A stretch of 63,218 bases of DNA from Candidatus Pacearchaeota archaeon (GCA_009694725.1 SICV01000001.1:1-63218), one strand, 5' to 3'. Positions 34,051 to 42,606 are shown, counted from the first letter of the stretch. Program-made: numbers and translations. Notes: generated by a model from the sequence alone, not told the origin.

Positions 34051-35258
34051 GATCGCAGTGCCTCCACGGTATTGAGTTTAGAAGCTTGAATGGCTGGAAT
34101 GGTGCCTGCGATGAGGCCAAGAATAAGAGCAAAGAGAATGGCAATAGTTATCAAGGGATAGGAGACGGTAACTGCAAGAGTGATGCCGCCGAGGGCTTTA
34201 GATGCGATACCTGAGACAGCAAAGGCAAGCGCGAGACCAAGGAGTGCCCCGCCCATACCCCCGATAAGCCCTAAGAGCGCTGATTCGGTTATAAAGACTT
34301 TGAGAATATCCCTATTATGTGCGCCAAGAGCCTTCATGGTGCCAATTTCTTTTGTTCGTTCAAGGACCGATGTATACATTGTGTTTGCAATCCCTACTCC
34401 CCCCACAATAAGAGAAATTGCAGCTATACCTGCAATAACCGCATTGATACCAATCAGAATAGTGTTAATTGCAGATAATGCTTGTAAAGGAGATTCAACA
34501 GAAAATGTTTCTGCTCCTTCCTTTTCATGTCTATCTTTTCTTAGTGCTCGTTTGATTGCTTCAGCAACAGTATCAACTTGTGCAAGATCGGTAACTTGTG
34601 CAACAATAAAATCAATCTCATTTTCTATGTTGAATATCTTTTTGAGGTCTTCTTCAGCCATAAAAATCGCCGTATTGAATTGGAAAGATCCTGTTTCTTT
34701 GAGGATACCACTAATTTCAAACGATTTTCCTTGTATGGTAACAGATGTACCTACTTTTAGCGGTTTACCATACGTGTTTTCTTTAAACCCTGACCCTATG
34801 ACTATTTTGCCACGTTCATCTACAGTTGGCAATCTTCCTTCTTCTGCTTCAAGTTTAAATGAATCAACAAAATACGTAAAATCTTCCTTTTTGGAAGGGA
34901 AAGAGGAAAGAAACTCAAACCCCGCTACTTTGTTAAAGTCCATACGTGCAACACGCACATATCTACTGAGTACTCGCGTTATTCCTGAAATTTCTTCTAC
35001 TACTTTTTTATCATGTTCGGTGAGTTTTGCGATACTCCCTGCTCCTGGAGGGCCAAATGCGTCCCCAGCATTTTGGATAAGGAGTCTATCTGCAGAAAGT
35101 GTCGCGAATTGTCCGGTAATTGCATTTTGAAGCCCATTGCCGAGTGAGATAAGTGCTACGACAGCAGCAATACCAATAAAGATACCTAACAGAGTAAGAA
35201 ATGAACGGAGCCCTCGATGAGTAAGGTTACTGATTGCGAGACGAAGATATTGATACAT
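34047..35258 (-). CDS. ABC transporter permease, MacB/FtsX type (paralog A)
   Basis: Same architecture, with NTMYTSVLERTKEIGTMKALGA identical to paralog B. I chose the start at MYQYLRLAISNL (35258); the track start at 35306 is also possible. Confidence 0.8.
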   Translation of the reverse strand: MYQYLRLAISNLTHRGLRSFLTLLGIFIGIAAVVALISLGNGLQNAITGQFATLSADRLLIQNAGDAFGPPGAGSIAKLTEHDKKVVEEISGITRVLSRYVRVARMDFNKVAGFEFLSSFPSKKEDFTYFVDSFKLEAEEGRLPTVDERGKIVIGSGFKENTYGKPLKVGTSVTIQGKSFEISGILKETGSFQFNTAIFMAEEDLKKIFNIENEIDFIVAQVTDLAQVDTVAEAIKRALRKDRHEKEGAETFSVESPLQALSAINTILIGINAVIAGIAAISLIVGGVGIANTMYTSVLERTKEIGTMKALGAHNRDILKVFITESALLGLIGGMGGALLGLALAFAVSGIASKALGGITLAVTVSYPLITIAILFALILGLIAGTIPAIQASKLNTVEALRS

Positions 35259-35484
35259 AAGCTTCTCCTTTTTGTAACGATTTTTCCTCAATTTTAGGAG
35301 GAGCATAATACTCTTTGACTACCATAGTAACTCGATAGAGCCCATAGAGTATGCTTCCGATAATAATGCCGCTTACGATTAATTTTTCGAGTTCAGACCG
35401 TTTGTTCACTCTTTCTTCAAGATTTTTAAGTGAAGCAAACCACTCTTTTTTTTTACTTCTTTCTTCATGTGACTGACCAGACAT
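35227..35484 (-). CDS. Small single-pass membrane protein
   Basis: Start taken at MSGQSHEERSKKKEW, with the ATG 1 nt after the upstream stop. It has a coiled-coil N-terminus and the TM IVSGIIIGSILYGLY. It overlaps the permease A start. Confidence 0.4.
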   Translation of the reverse strand: MSGQSHEERSKKKEWFASLKNLEERVNKRSELEKLIVSGIIIGSILYGLYRVTMVVKEYYAPPKIEEKSLQKGEAYVSISSSRNQ

Positions 35485-35485
35485 A

Positions 35486-36337
35486 TTACTTGCCTCGAAG
35501 GTTAGCTTCTGCTGCACGACGCATTCTACGACGCTTTGCAATGGTGCGATAGATGAACCAGAGGAGGAGAATAACTAAGACAGTGCCAATATACATTGGT
35601 GTGCGATTTGGTTGAGCAATGCCTTTTGCAACTGCTTCGTCTAGGGTGTAGACGTTGAGGGGGAGATCAAAAACTTTGGTGAATGATTTCACATCATCGT
35701 CTTGATACTCGAGTACGCCAGCGAGGGTTGCTGCTTTACTTGTGGGAATAACGTCAAGGGTTACGCTCTCAAAATCGTCTGAATCGACTGAGCCGATATA
35801 GGCTTCTTTCTCAGAAAGGATGGTTAACCCTGATCCTTGAAATTGAACTGACACAAACCGTGCTTCGCCTAATCCTTTATTGACAATTTTGAAGGTTGCC
35901 TTTGTTTTGATGCCTATGATTGGTTCGGCAATCGTTGCAGTGAATGAAAGCGAAGGATCAGCAGAAACACGGATAGAAATGGTACCTTTCTTGATACTTG
36001 AGCTGTTACTGTACGTAATCGTATAGGGAATTTTGTAATCTCCTACTTTTGCACTTGAATCTGCGCGTACCAAAAATGCAAACGATTCTTTGTCATCTTC
36101 GTCAAGTTCATCTACAGATGCTTCAGAACTATCAACGGGAGCAAGAGGAATACCGGTGAAATCGAGCGTGAATGACACATCTTCAATATCCTTGCCCAGT
36201 GTATTCTTGATCGTCACATCGAGACGTCCTTCTTTCCCCGGTACTAACGTGTCTGCAGAGACATCAGAGACAACTAAGGCAGAGGCTAGTGGCAAGATAA
36301 GGAGTGCTAACATTAATGCGATGAGTTGTTTGAACAT
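35486..36337 (-). CDS. Secreted, C-terminally anchored beta-rich protein (COG1361/CARDB-like S-layer-domain partner of archaeal MacB-type transporters)
   Basis: Signal peptide, repeats of the type LVPGKEGRLDVTIKNTLGKDIEDVSFTL, a C-terminal TM and a basic tail KRRRMRR. A TATA-like ctttaaatac lies about 26 nt upstream. Confidence 0.5.
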   Translation of the reverse strand: MFKQLIALMLALLILPLASALVVSDVSADTLVPGKEGRLDVTIKNTLGKDIEDVSFTLDFTGIPLAPVDSSEASVDELDEDDKESFAFLVRADSSAKVGDYKIPYTITYSNSSSIKKGTISIRVSADPSLSFTATIAEPIIGIKTKATFKIVNKGLGEARFVSVQFQGSGLTILSEKEAYIGSVDSDDFESVTLDVIPTSKAATLAGVLEYQDDDVKSFTKVFDLPLNVYTLDEAVAKGIAQPNRTPMYIGTVLVILLLWFIYRTIAKRRRMRRAAEANLRGK

Positions 36338-36409
36338 AGTATTCTCCCTTCTGAGAGGTATTTAAAGCTTATGTTTAAGACACTTAAGAGTGGTGACAAA
36401 AAAGGAAGA

Positions 36410-36419
36410 TTTAAAATAG
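36410..36419 (+). promoter_or_regulatory. TATA-box-like element (TTTAAAATAG) 19 nt upstream of the ATG at 36439
   Basis: Position and composition. Confidence 0.4.
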
Positions 36420-36438
36420 TTTTATTTTACCTTTCTTT

Positions 36439-36933
36439 ATGCCTTCCTTTGGAACACCGAGCCCCTTACAAATACAAACTGAAAAACTTCTCGCAAGCGC
36501 TTCAGGTAAGCCAGTTATTCGTATTTCTCCACGATTTGCCCCTCTAGAATATGTACAGACGTGGTCTGTTGCTTCTTCCCCTTTAGTCTCAGAAGGATAT
36601 TTCTATTGCCGAGGTGTTGTGGTAAAAGATGGGGGCGGATTGTATGGGCTTATTCATCAATTTCCTGATGCCGACCTTGTTCTCCCTCTCCAAGAACTTA
36701 TGAAACAACGCCCTACTTTTTCTCGTACACATTTACCAAGCATTATTGTTGAAACGAGTTATAATTACCCTTTCCCTTCTTCTGATTGTATTGCTCACTT
36801 TTCATTAGATGCACAGAGAATTACACGAACAGCGGAAGGGGGATATCCGGACTTTATGAATATCCTCGTTATCCCTGATCATAGACTTGTTTCACTCCTT
36901 ACTGAAAAAACTCGCCACGATATTACGTTCTAA
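36439..36933 (+). CDS. Hypothetical soluble protein, convergent with the ABC ATPase gene and overlapping it by 11 nt
   Basis: ORF (164 aa) with a consensus-like promoter. No family recognised. Confidence 0.45.
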   Translation: MPSFGTPSPLQIQTEKLLASASGKPVIRISPRFAPLEYVQTWSVASSPLVSEGYFYCRGVVVKDGGGLYGLIHQFPDADLVLPLQELMKQRPTFSRTHLPSIIVETSYNYPFPSSDCIAHFSLDAQRITRTAEGGYPDFMNILVIPDHRLVSLLTEKTRHDITF

Positions 36934-37642
36934 CTTCTTTCCAACTAGTGCCCGTTTTCTTCGTAACCTTTTCTACCTTGCCGTCCTTAATCCAGTAGAT
37001 CGTGCGAGCGTGGGTGAGTGCCTTGTCGGGATCGTGGGTGATGATGATAATCGTTTTCCCTTGCTTGTTGAGTTGATCGAGGAAGCCCATGACTTTTGCC
37101 CCTGTCTTCGTGTCAAGGTTTCCTGTTGGTTCGTCCGCCAGAATGACTTCAGGGTCATTTGCTAAAGAACGTGCGATAGCGACACGTTGCTGTTGTCCGC
37201 CCGAGAGTTGATTTGGATAATGATCGCCCCGGTCGCTAAGTTCGACCAATGTAAGGAGTTGTTCTGCTTTCGCATCTTTTTCTTCTTCATCACGATCTTG
37301 AAAGAGCATGGGGAGTTTAATATTTTCTTTTGCCGTGAGATTGGGAATGAGATTAAAGCTTTGGAAGATGAATCCAATTTTCTTCCCCCGTAATTGAGCA
37401 AGCTCTGATTCTTCTAAATGTGCAATATCCTGGCCATCTAAGTAAATTTGTCCTGCCGTGGGGATGTCTAAACTTCCCGTAAGGTTCATTGCAGTTGATT
37501 TGCCTGACCCTGACGGACCCATAATGGCAACAAAGTCCCCTTGGTCGATATGAAGCGTAATGCCATCTACGGCTTTGACTGTGGTATCGCCCATGTGGTA
37601 GTACTTGCTCACGTTTTTGAGGGTGATAATCGGGTGTTTCAT
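36923..37642 (-). CDS. ABC transporter ATP-binding protein (MacB/LolD-like)
   Basis: Walker [11 protein letters not shown]-loop, signature [15 protein letters not shown], Walker [12 protein letters not shown] and the H-loop ITHD. Confidence 0.9.
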   Translation of the reverse strand: MKHPIITLKNVSKYYHMGDTTVKAVDGITLHIDQGDFVAIMGPSGSGKSTAMNLTGSLDIPTAGQIYLDGQDIAHLEESELAQLRGKKIGFIFQSFNLIPNLTAKENIKLPMLFQDRDEEEKDAKAEQLLTLVELSDRGDHYPNQLSGGQQQRVAIARSLANDPEVILADEPTGNLDTKTGAKVMGFLDQLNKQGKTIIIITHDPDKALTHARTIYWIKDGKVEKVTKKTGTSWKEVRT

Positions 37643-37730
37643 GCTTTTTGTGAAGGGGAGAAGCTTAATAATCTTTGGAATAGGGGAAGCATACGGAAAA
37701 CAAAAGCCTTAAAAAGCACTTTCTCAACGC

Positions 37731-37934
37731 ATGAGTATGATTATTCCTGTTCGCTGTTTTGGATGCGGTAAACCTGTTGGACAACTCTGGGAAGCGTACA
37801 AAAAACGTTTAGCTGGTGGAGAAGAAGCAGGAAAGATTTTTGATGAAATGGGATTGGAACGGTATTGCTGCCGTGCTGCCCTCCTCGGACATGCAGACAT
37901 GTTGCCTGAGATTACCAAGTTTAAGAAGGCATAA
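37731..37934 (+). CDS. rpoN: DNA-directed RNA polymerase subunit N (Rpo10)
   Basis: MIIPVRCFGCGKPVG ... GLERYCCRAALLGH signature. A start at 37737 is equally possible. Confidence 0.85.
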   Translation: MSMIIPVRCFGCGKPVGQLWEAYKKRLAGGEEAGKIFDEMGLERYCCRAALLGHADMLPEITKFKKA

Positions 37935-38007
37935 CTGCCTTCTTGGTCATCATGTAAGCGATTACTTTTTATACCTTCTTTTAGAGTATTTCAGAATTGA
38001 TTGTTTG

Positions 38008-38262
38008 CTAGAGTTTATACCTATTCGCTTTTCTACATATTTTACAAGTCACCGTTTTATAGCCGTTATTAATTCTGATAGAACCTGCCAGCGGGTTCCA
38101 GCATTCGGTGCAGAAGCGTTTTCGATAGTCGCCTAACCGAATGCGATGGGCTTTGGCGAGATTCCAGATTTTGCGCAGTTCTTCTGATGTAAAGGCGGTT
38201 CGTTGGAAAAAAGTATCTACTTTCTTCTGGGCTTCTGTCTTGGATTCTTTTTTCTTTGCCAT
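38008..38262 (-). CDS. rnp4: RNase P protein component 4 (Rpp21/Rpr2 family), short form
   Basis: Basic helical N-terminus, then the zinc ribbon RFCTECWNPLAGSIRINNGYKTVTCKICRKANRY, as in Rpr2. Confidence 0.55.
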   Translation of the reverse strand: MAKKKESKTEAQKKVDTFFQRTAFTSEELRKIWNLAKAHRIRLGDYRKRFCTECWNPLAGSIRINNGYKTVTCKICRKANRYKL

Positions 38263-38314
38263 GTACCCGATAGAGATAGATTGTTATTAAAGATGCTGTT
38301 TGAGTTTTTTAAAG

Positions 38315-38322
38315 AAAAAAAA
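38315..38322 (-). terminator. Oligo-T tract (T8) directly after the 5S rRNA
   Basis: A8 on the + strand abuts the 5S 3' end. Confidence 0.5.
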
Positions 38323-38323
38323 C

Positions 38324-38437
38324 GAAGACAGCATCGGGGTTTCGCCTCTTGTGGGAGACTACCGCGACCGACGTATGCAGCTTGACTTCTGTGTTCGGAA
38401 TGGGAACAGGTATTTCCTGCATACTATGGCCGTCTTC
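38324..38437 (-). rRNA. rrf: 5S ribosomal RNA (stand-alone)
   Basis: The reverse complement reads GAAGACGGCCATAGTATGCAGGAAATACCTGTTCCCATTCCGAACACAGAAGTCAAGCTGCATACG...GATGCTGTCTTC. It contains the conserved CCCATTCCGAACACAGAAGTCAAGC loop C/helix III block and a 9-bp helix I closing the ends. Ends are accurate to about 2 nt. Confidence 0.85.
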
Positions 38438-38458
38438 AGGGATGTGCATTGGAAAGGG

Positions 38459-38466
38459 TATAAAAA
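38459..38466 (-). promoter_or_regulatory. TATA-box-like TTTTTATA about 22 nt upstream of the 5S rRNA 5' end
   Basis: Reverse complement of tataaaaa; spacing fits. Confidence 0.4.
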
Positions 38467-38530
38467 TGTGTCGGTAACCTCTTTGTTTATGATAAAACAG
38501 AAAAGAAAACGATGTTTATCAGTGCGCCGT

Positions 38531-38734
38531 ATGAAACACCCTTCACCAGAAGACGTAGAACGAATTGAAATGCTCGCGGGACAGTTAGAACATTCCCTGG
38601 GATTACTACGGAATACTCAGCCAGGGACTCAACGGGTGACGCTTTATGGGGCCGTTCGATCACATCATCGAGAATATCGTTACCTCACTGGTAAAGCCTA
38701 TGTTTCTCCCACCGCTTATGAAACTGAAGATTAA
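38531..38734 (+). CDS. Possible small protein (67 aa)
   Basis: The downstream part of track ORF 38300-38734 that does not overlap the 5S gene, starting at MKHPSPEDVERIEML. No family recognised. Confidence 0.25.
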   Translation: MKHPSPEDVERIEMLAGQLEHSLGLLRNTQPGTQRVTLYGAVRSHHREYRYLTGKAYVSPTAYETED

Positions 38735-38787
38735 TGTCTGGTTTGTGTGATGCATAGTAAGACGAAGTGGGCTGACTTAAACAATAG

Positions 38788-38796
38788 TTTTAAAAC
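38788..38796 (+). promoter_or_regulatory. TATA-box-like TTTTAAAAC 24 nt upstream of tRNA-Leu(CAA)
   Basis: Position and composition. Confidence 0.4.
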
Positions 38797-38819
38797 AGTA
38801 CCCTTGTTGCCAGAAGAAT

Positions 38820-38903
38820 GCGAGGGTAGCAAAGCGGTCAAATGCGAAAGACTCAAAATCTTTTGGCTTAGTGCCTTCGGAGGTTCGAATCCTCTCCCTC
38901 GCA
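38820..38903 (+). tRNA. tRNA-Leu (anticodon CAA), no intron
   Basis: Acceptor GCGAGGG/CCCTCGC, anticodon stem AAAGA/TCTTT, loop CTCAAAA, long variable arm TGGCTTAGTGCCTTC and T-arm GGAGG-TTCGAAT-CCTCT. Confidence 0.9.
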
Positions 38904-38937
38904 CTCTTTATAACTAACCCTTCTTCTCTTCTTATAA

Positions 38938-39029
38938 GCCCGGGTAGCTCAGCCTGGATAGAGCAGTGCCCTCCTACGATATTTTTCGAAGTAAGGCACA
39001 GGTCGCAGGTTCAACTCCTGTCTCGGGCG
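38938..39029 (+). tRNA. tRNA-Arg (anticodon CCU) with a 17-nt intron at 37/38 (38977-38993)
   Basis: Acceptor GCCCGGG/CTCGGGC, D-arm GCTC/GAGC, anticodon stem GTGCC/GGCAC, loop CTCCTA|intron|A and T-arm GCAGG-TTCAACT-CCTGT. The bulge-helix-bulge is imperfect by eye (3 of 4 central pairs). Confidence 0.8.
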
Positions 39030-39081
39030 TCACGAAGACCAATAAAAACCTTTAAAATAGCTTCAAGATAGGGTTTAATAA

Positions 39082-39181
39082 GCGCGATTAATTTAGTGGC
39101 AGAATGACTGGTTTCCAGGTTGTATAAGGAATTATACGACGAGATCACCAGTATACACGGGTTCGATTCCCGTATCGCGCA
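39082..39181 (+). tRNA. tRNA-Gly (anticodon UCC) with a 29-nt intron at 37/38 (39118-39146)
   Basis: Acceptor GCGCGAT/ATCGCGC with A73, D-arm ATTT/GAAT, anticodon stem ACTGG/CCAGT, loop TTTCCA|intron|A and T-arm ACGGG-TTCGATT-CCCGT. Perfect hBHBh' motif: central helix TTTC/GAGA, 3-nt bulges CA|G and TC|A, and a 9-bp inner helix capped by GGAA. Confidence 0.8.
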
Positions 39182-39190
39182 TGGATTCAT

Positions 39191-40333
39191 ATGGAACAGA
39201 GCACAACTGAACACTGGTACAATAAGCATTACAAGCACTTATTAGTCTTACCGGGATTGTTGTTGCTTTTTTCGCTCGTGTATTTGGGTATGTTTTATAG
39301 TGCGCATGGCGATTTATTCTTGAAAGATGTTTCTTTATCGGGTGGGACAGTTATCACTGTCTTTGACACTGACTTTACCCCTACGCAGGTGGCTGAGGCA
39401 CTTGCCTCTACGTTTCCTGATGCACACATACGTGCTATTTCAGATATACGTACCGGTGCACAAAAAGCATTTTATGTTGAATCGAGTGCTTCTGCTGAGG
39501 AACTTCGGCCTGTTCTTGAAGCCTTGATTGGGTATTCGTTGACTTCTATTAATTCATCTACTGAATTTTCAGGGGCAGTGTTATCTCAACAATTCTATCG
39601 GCAGTTGTTACAAGCATTAGCCGTTGCATTCTTGTTGATGGCCTTAGTTGTATTCGTTATTTTTAGCCAAGATAAAACACTGAAAGCCTGGGCAATCATG
39701 CTTACGTTAGGAAGTACTGCTGCTTTGCTTCCAGGCATTCGTTCTGTTTCTACGCTCTGTGTATTAGGCATTGCCTGTGCGGGGATATATGGGATGTTCT
39801 TTGGTAAGGGAAAGCGATGGATTGTGTTTGCTTTGATGCTCTTCTCATTTGTACTCCCTTCACTTGTCGGAAATCAGTTTTGGATTATTGGTGTAGTGAC
39901 AGGCGTGTTGTTTGGAGGATACGCCTACTATTCTGTTCCGAGCGCTGCAGTTGTGTTTGCCGCTTTTGCAGATATTGTGATGACGTTAGTCGTGGTTAAT
40001 TTGATGGGCATGCACATGTCGGTTGGAGGTATTATTGCTTTGTTGATGTTAATTGGGTATTCGGTTGATACTGATATTTTGTTGACTACTCGTGTATTGA
40101 AAGAACGAGTGGGCACAGTAAATGAGCGTATGTGGGGCGCGTGTAAAACGGGGGTGACTATGACAATGACAGCGATTGTTGCCGTCGGTATTTCATTAGT
40201 ATTTGTCCATTCGTTTTCAGATACGTTGAGCCAGATCTTTACAATTATGTTGATCGGTCTTGGATTTGATTTGCTCAATACGTGGATCACTAATGCGAGC
40301 ATCTTGAAGTGGTTCGTGGAGCGTCAGGCATGA
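39191..40333 (+). CDS. secF: Protein-export membrane protein SecF (with extra hydrophobic insertion)
   Basis: C-terminal RND-like block LLMLIGYSVDTDILLTTRVLKE ... TGVTMTMTA ... IGLGFDLLNTWITNA. It lies upstream of secD, as in other archaea. At 380 aa it is longer than I expect for archaeal SecF. Confidence 0.75.
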   Translation: MEQSTTEHWYNKHYKHLLVLPGLLLLFSLVYLGMFYSAHGDLFLKDVSLSGGTVITVFDTDFTPTQVAEALASTFPDAHIRAISDIRTGAQKAFYVESSASAEELRPVLEALIGYSLTSINSSTEFSGAVLSQQFYRQLLQALAVAFLLMALVVFVIFSQDKTLKAWAIMLTLGSTAALLPGIRSVSTLCVLGIACAGIYGMFFGKGKRWIVFALMLFSFVLPSLVGNQFWIIGVVTGVLFGGYAYYSVPSAAVVFAAFADIVMTLVVVNLMGMHMSVGGIIALLMLIGYSVDTDILLTTRVLKERVGTVNERMWGACKTGVTMTMTAIVAVGISLVFVHSFSDTLSQIFTIMLIGLGFDLLNTWITNASILKWFVERQA

Positions 40334-41841
40334 TGAAATATATGACCTGGCGCGTATGGCTCTTGCTCTTTTTTATTATCTGTTCCCTTATTGCTATTCA
40401 ACCGAGTTTTTCACACGATGTACTGATTACGGGCGTTGATCGGGATTCTGTTTGGTATAGGGAAGGGGTACGAGAAGGACAGGTGCTTACTTCCATCGGT
40501 TCTATTCCCATTACTACCAGTACTGAGTATCAAACCGCACTTGCTGCTTATCCGGTAACTGCTGAACCTCGTCGGGTAGATATCGTTACTGAAGAGGGCG
40601 CATTTATTGTGTATACCAACGAATCCCTTTCATTTGGCGTGAAAGCAGCTCCACGCACACGCTTGCATTTAGGATTAGATTTAGCTGGAGGTGCTCGTGC
40701 CTTAGTACAACCTGCAGAAAATCTTGATGAAACAGAACTTCAAGACTTGATTGCGATTACACGTAACCGTTTGAATGTGTATGGTTTAAGCGATGTGCAA
40801 TTAAAGGGCGTACGTGATGCCGATGGTCAGGCATTTATGTTGGTTGAGATTGCTGGAGCAACCCCGCAAGATTTGGAAGATTTGATTGGGCAACAAGGAA
40901 AGTCCGAAGCATTAATTGGTAATGTTACTGCATTTAGTGGCGGGAAAGAAGATATTGGAGGAGTATGTACCCGAGATGCGACGTGTGCAGGTATTCGACA
41001 ATGTCTTCCTGTAGAAGGGGGGTATGCGTGTGAATTCCAATTTGCTTTGTACTTTACTGAGCAAGCGGCAAAACGACATGCGGCAGTTACTAGACCATTA
41101 GGCACCGATAGTACGGGACGCTATCTTTCAGAACAATTAGTATTAACCGTTGATGGAGTTGAAGCAACCCGTCTTTCAATTAGTACAGGACTTCGAGGAT
41201 TAGAAACGAATGAAATTAGCATCTCAGGTTCAGGAACGGGGGCAACACAAGACCAGGCATATAAGGCTGCACAAGAAGAAATGCATCGATTACAAACAAT
41301 CTTATTGACGGGTAGTTTGCCGTATAAATTAGAAATTGTGAAACTTGACACAATTTCTCCTGCGTTAGGTGAAGACTTTGTGCAGATTTTGTTGCTTGCA
41401 GGATTTGTTTCATTATTAGGCGTTAGTGTGGTCGTATTTCTACGCTATCGTGCATTGAAAGCTTCGATTGCTATTCTCGTGACTTCATTTTCCGAAGTTA
41501 TTATTATTTTAGGGGCTGCTGCGTTGATGGGCTGGCACTTAGATTTACCGAGCATTGCAGGCATTTTAGCAACCATTGGTACGGGGGTTGATCAGCAGAT
41601 TATTATTCTTGATGAATCCCGTAAACGTACCGTTGCCTTAGGTGAACGTATGAGGCGCGCATTGTTTATTGTGGTAAGCGCCTTTGCAACCTCTGCAGCC
41701 TCATTGGTACCCTTGTATTGGGCAGGAGCAGGATTATTCAAAGGGTTTATGATTACTACCCTTCTGGGAATTACCGCAGGCGTATTGCTCTCTCGTCCTG
41801 CCTTTGCAGATATTATCGGTAAATTAGAGGAACATACGTAA
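40330..41841 (+). CDS. secD: Protein-export membrane protein SecD
   Basis: GLDLAGGARALVQP motif, a large periplasmic domain, and the C-terminal 6-TM block IAGILATIGTGVDQQIIILDE. ATGATG/TGA overlap with secF. Confidence 0.8.
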   Translation: MMKYMTWRVWLLLFFIICSLIAIQPSFSHDVLITGVDRDSVWYREGVREGQVLTSIGSIPITTSTEYQTALAAYPVTAEPRRVDIVTEEGAFIVYTNESLSFGVKAAPRTRLHLGLDLAGGARALVQPAENLDETELQDLIAITRNRLNVYGLSDVQLKGVRDADGQAFMLVEIAGATPQDLEDLIGQQGKSEALIGNVTAFSGGKEDIGGVCTRDATCAGIRQCLPVEGGYACEFQFALYFTEQAAKRHAAVTRPLGTDSTGRYLSEQLVLTVDGVEATRLSISTGLRGLETNEISISGSGTGATQDQAYKAAQEEMHRLQTILLTGSLPYKLEIVKLDTISPALGEDFVQILLLAGFVSLLGVSVVVFLRYRALKASIAILVTSFSEVIIILGAAALMGWHLDLPSIAGILATIGTGVDQQIIILDESRKRTVALGERMRRALFIVVSAFATSAASLVPLYWAGAGLFKGFMITTLLGITAGVLLSRPAFADIIGKLEEHT

Positions 41842-41842
41842 G

Positions 41843-42304
41843 ATGTTACCTAGGTGGCATATCTTGTGGGGGGGACTCTTTACCGGAGTGCTCTTTTTCC
41901 TTTCAGGAGGATTGGAAGGCATGCCTTGGTATCATTATGCCCTTATCTTTTTGGCCTCTGTTTTTATTGATGTGGATCATTATCTTGCTGCAGGGCTGAA
42001 AACGGGAAGCTGGCGATTAGGGGACGCATTAGAGTATTACCAGATGCAAGGGCTACAGGTTCAGAAAGATCAACACAAGGGTATACGTAAAGTATATGAT
42101 TTCCATTTATTTCATACGATTGAATTTCACCTCTTGATTGCGCTTATCGGGATTTGGTGGCAACCTGCCTTTTACCTCTTTATCGGAATGGTCTTTCATA
42201 CACTCTTGGACATCTTTTCATTATTGCATAGAGACTATCTGTATATGCGAGAATTTTTCTTGAGCGCGTGGCTTTGGAACAAAGTTAGTGAAGGGTTTGA
42301 TTAA
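41843..42304 (+). CDS. Membrane protein, possibly a DUF457/YdjM-like metal-dependent hydrolase
   Basis: 4 TM. FIDVDHYL and HT.LD His/Asp motifs are reminiscent of DUF457. Weak. Confidence 0.3.
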   Translation: MLPRWHILWGGLFTGVLFFLSGGLEGMPWYHYALIFLASVFIDVDHYLAAGLKTGSWRLGDALEYYQMQGLQVQKDQHKGIRKVYDFHLFHTIEFHLLIALIGIWWQPAFYLFIGMVFHTLLDIFSLLHRDYLYMREFFLSAWLWNKVSEGFD

Positions 42305-42579
42305 AGCATACTCCCTGCACCTTTTGCCATCAGGAGAAGGGCAGGGGTCCAGACGAGAAGCGTAGGCAGCGATACAATAAGGGAGATGAGCAGGAGCATG
42401 CTTGCGATAAAATCGAGTGCACTGAGGGGGTCTCCCGTGAGAATAAACATACTTTTGAGTAAGAGTAGGCCTGCTGAAAAGAGAACGAGCTGTAACGGGG
42501 GAGCAACCCCAAATACGAGAAGGAGGAAGAGTCCCGCTCCGATCAAATCAATCATTCCTAAGAGTTTGAGTATAAGCAT
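42301..42579 (-). CDS. Small membrane protein (3 TM)
   Basis: ORF; hydrophobic. The palindromic TATA cttttaaag lies only 3 nt from the first ATG, so the internal Met at 42555 may be the true (leaderless) start. Confidence 0.4.
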   Translation of the reverse strand: MLILKLLGMIDLIGAGLFLLLVFGVAPPLQLVLFSAGLLLLKSMFILTGDPLSALDFIASMLLLISLIVSLPTLLVWTPALLLMAKGAGSML

Positions 42580-42606
42580 CTTTTAAAGTGTAGAAAAAGG
42601 ATTAAA

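Noticed and set aside
34180-35130. 316-aa ORF on the + strand
   Set aside because: It lies entirely antisense to the MacB-type permease A and has a low-complexity Ser/Pro/Ala-rich translation. This is a typical shadow ORF.
38300-38488. N-terminal part of track ORF 38300-38734
   Set aside because: It overlaps the 5S rRNA gene and its promoter on the opposite strand. Only the distal 67 codons are kept, as a low-confidence ORF.
39082-39181. Reading this tRNA as tRNA-Trp(CCA) with a 27-nt intron
   Set aside because: That reading needs two nucleotides between the D-stem and the anticodon stem, and it gives a poor bulge-helix-bulge. The Gly(UCC) reading gives a canonical cloverleaf and a perfect BHB.
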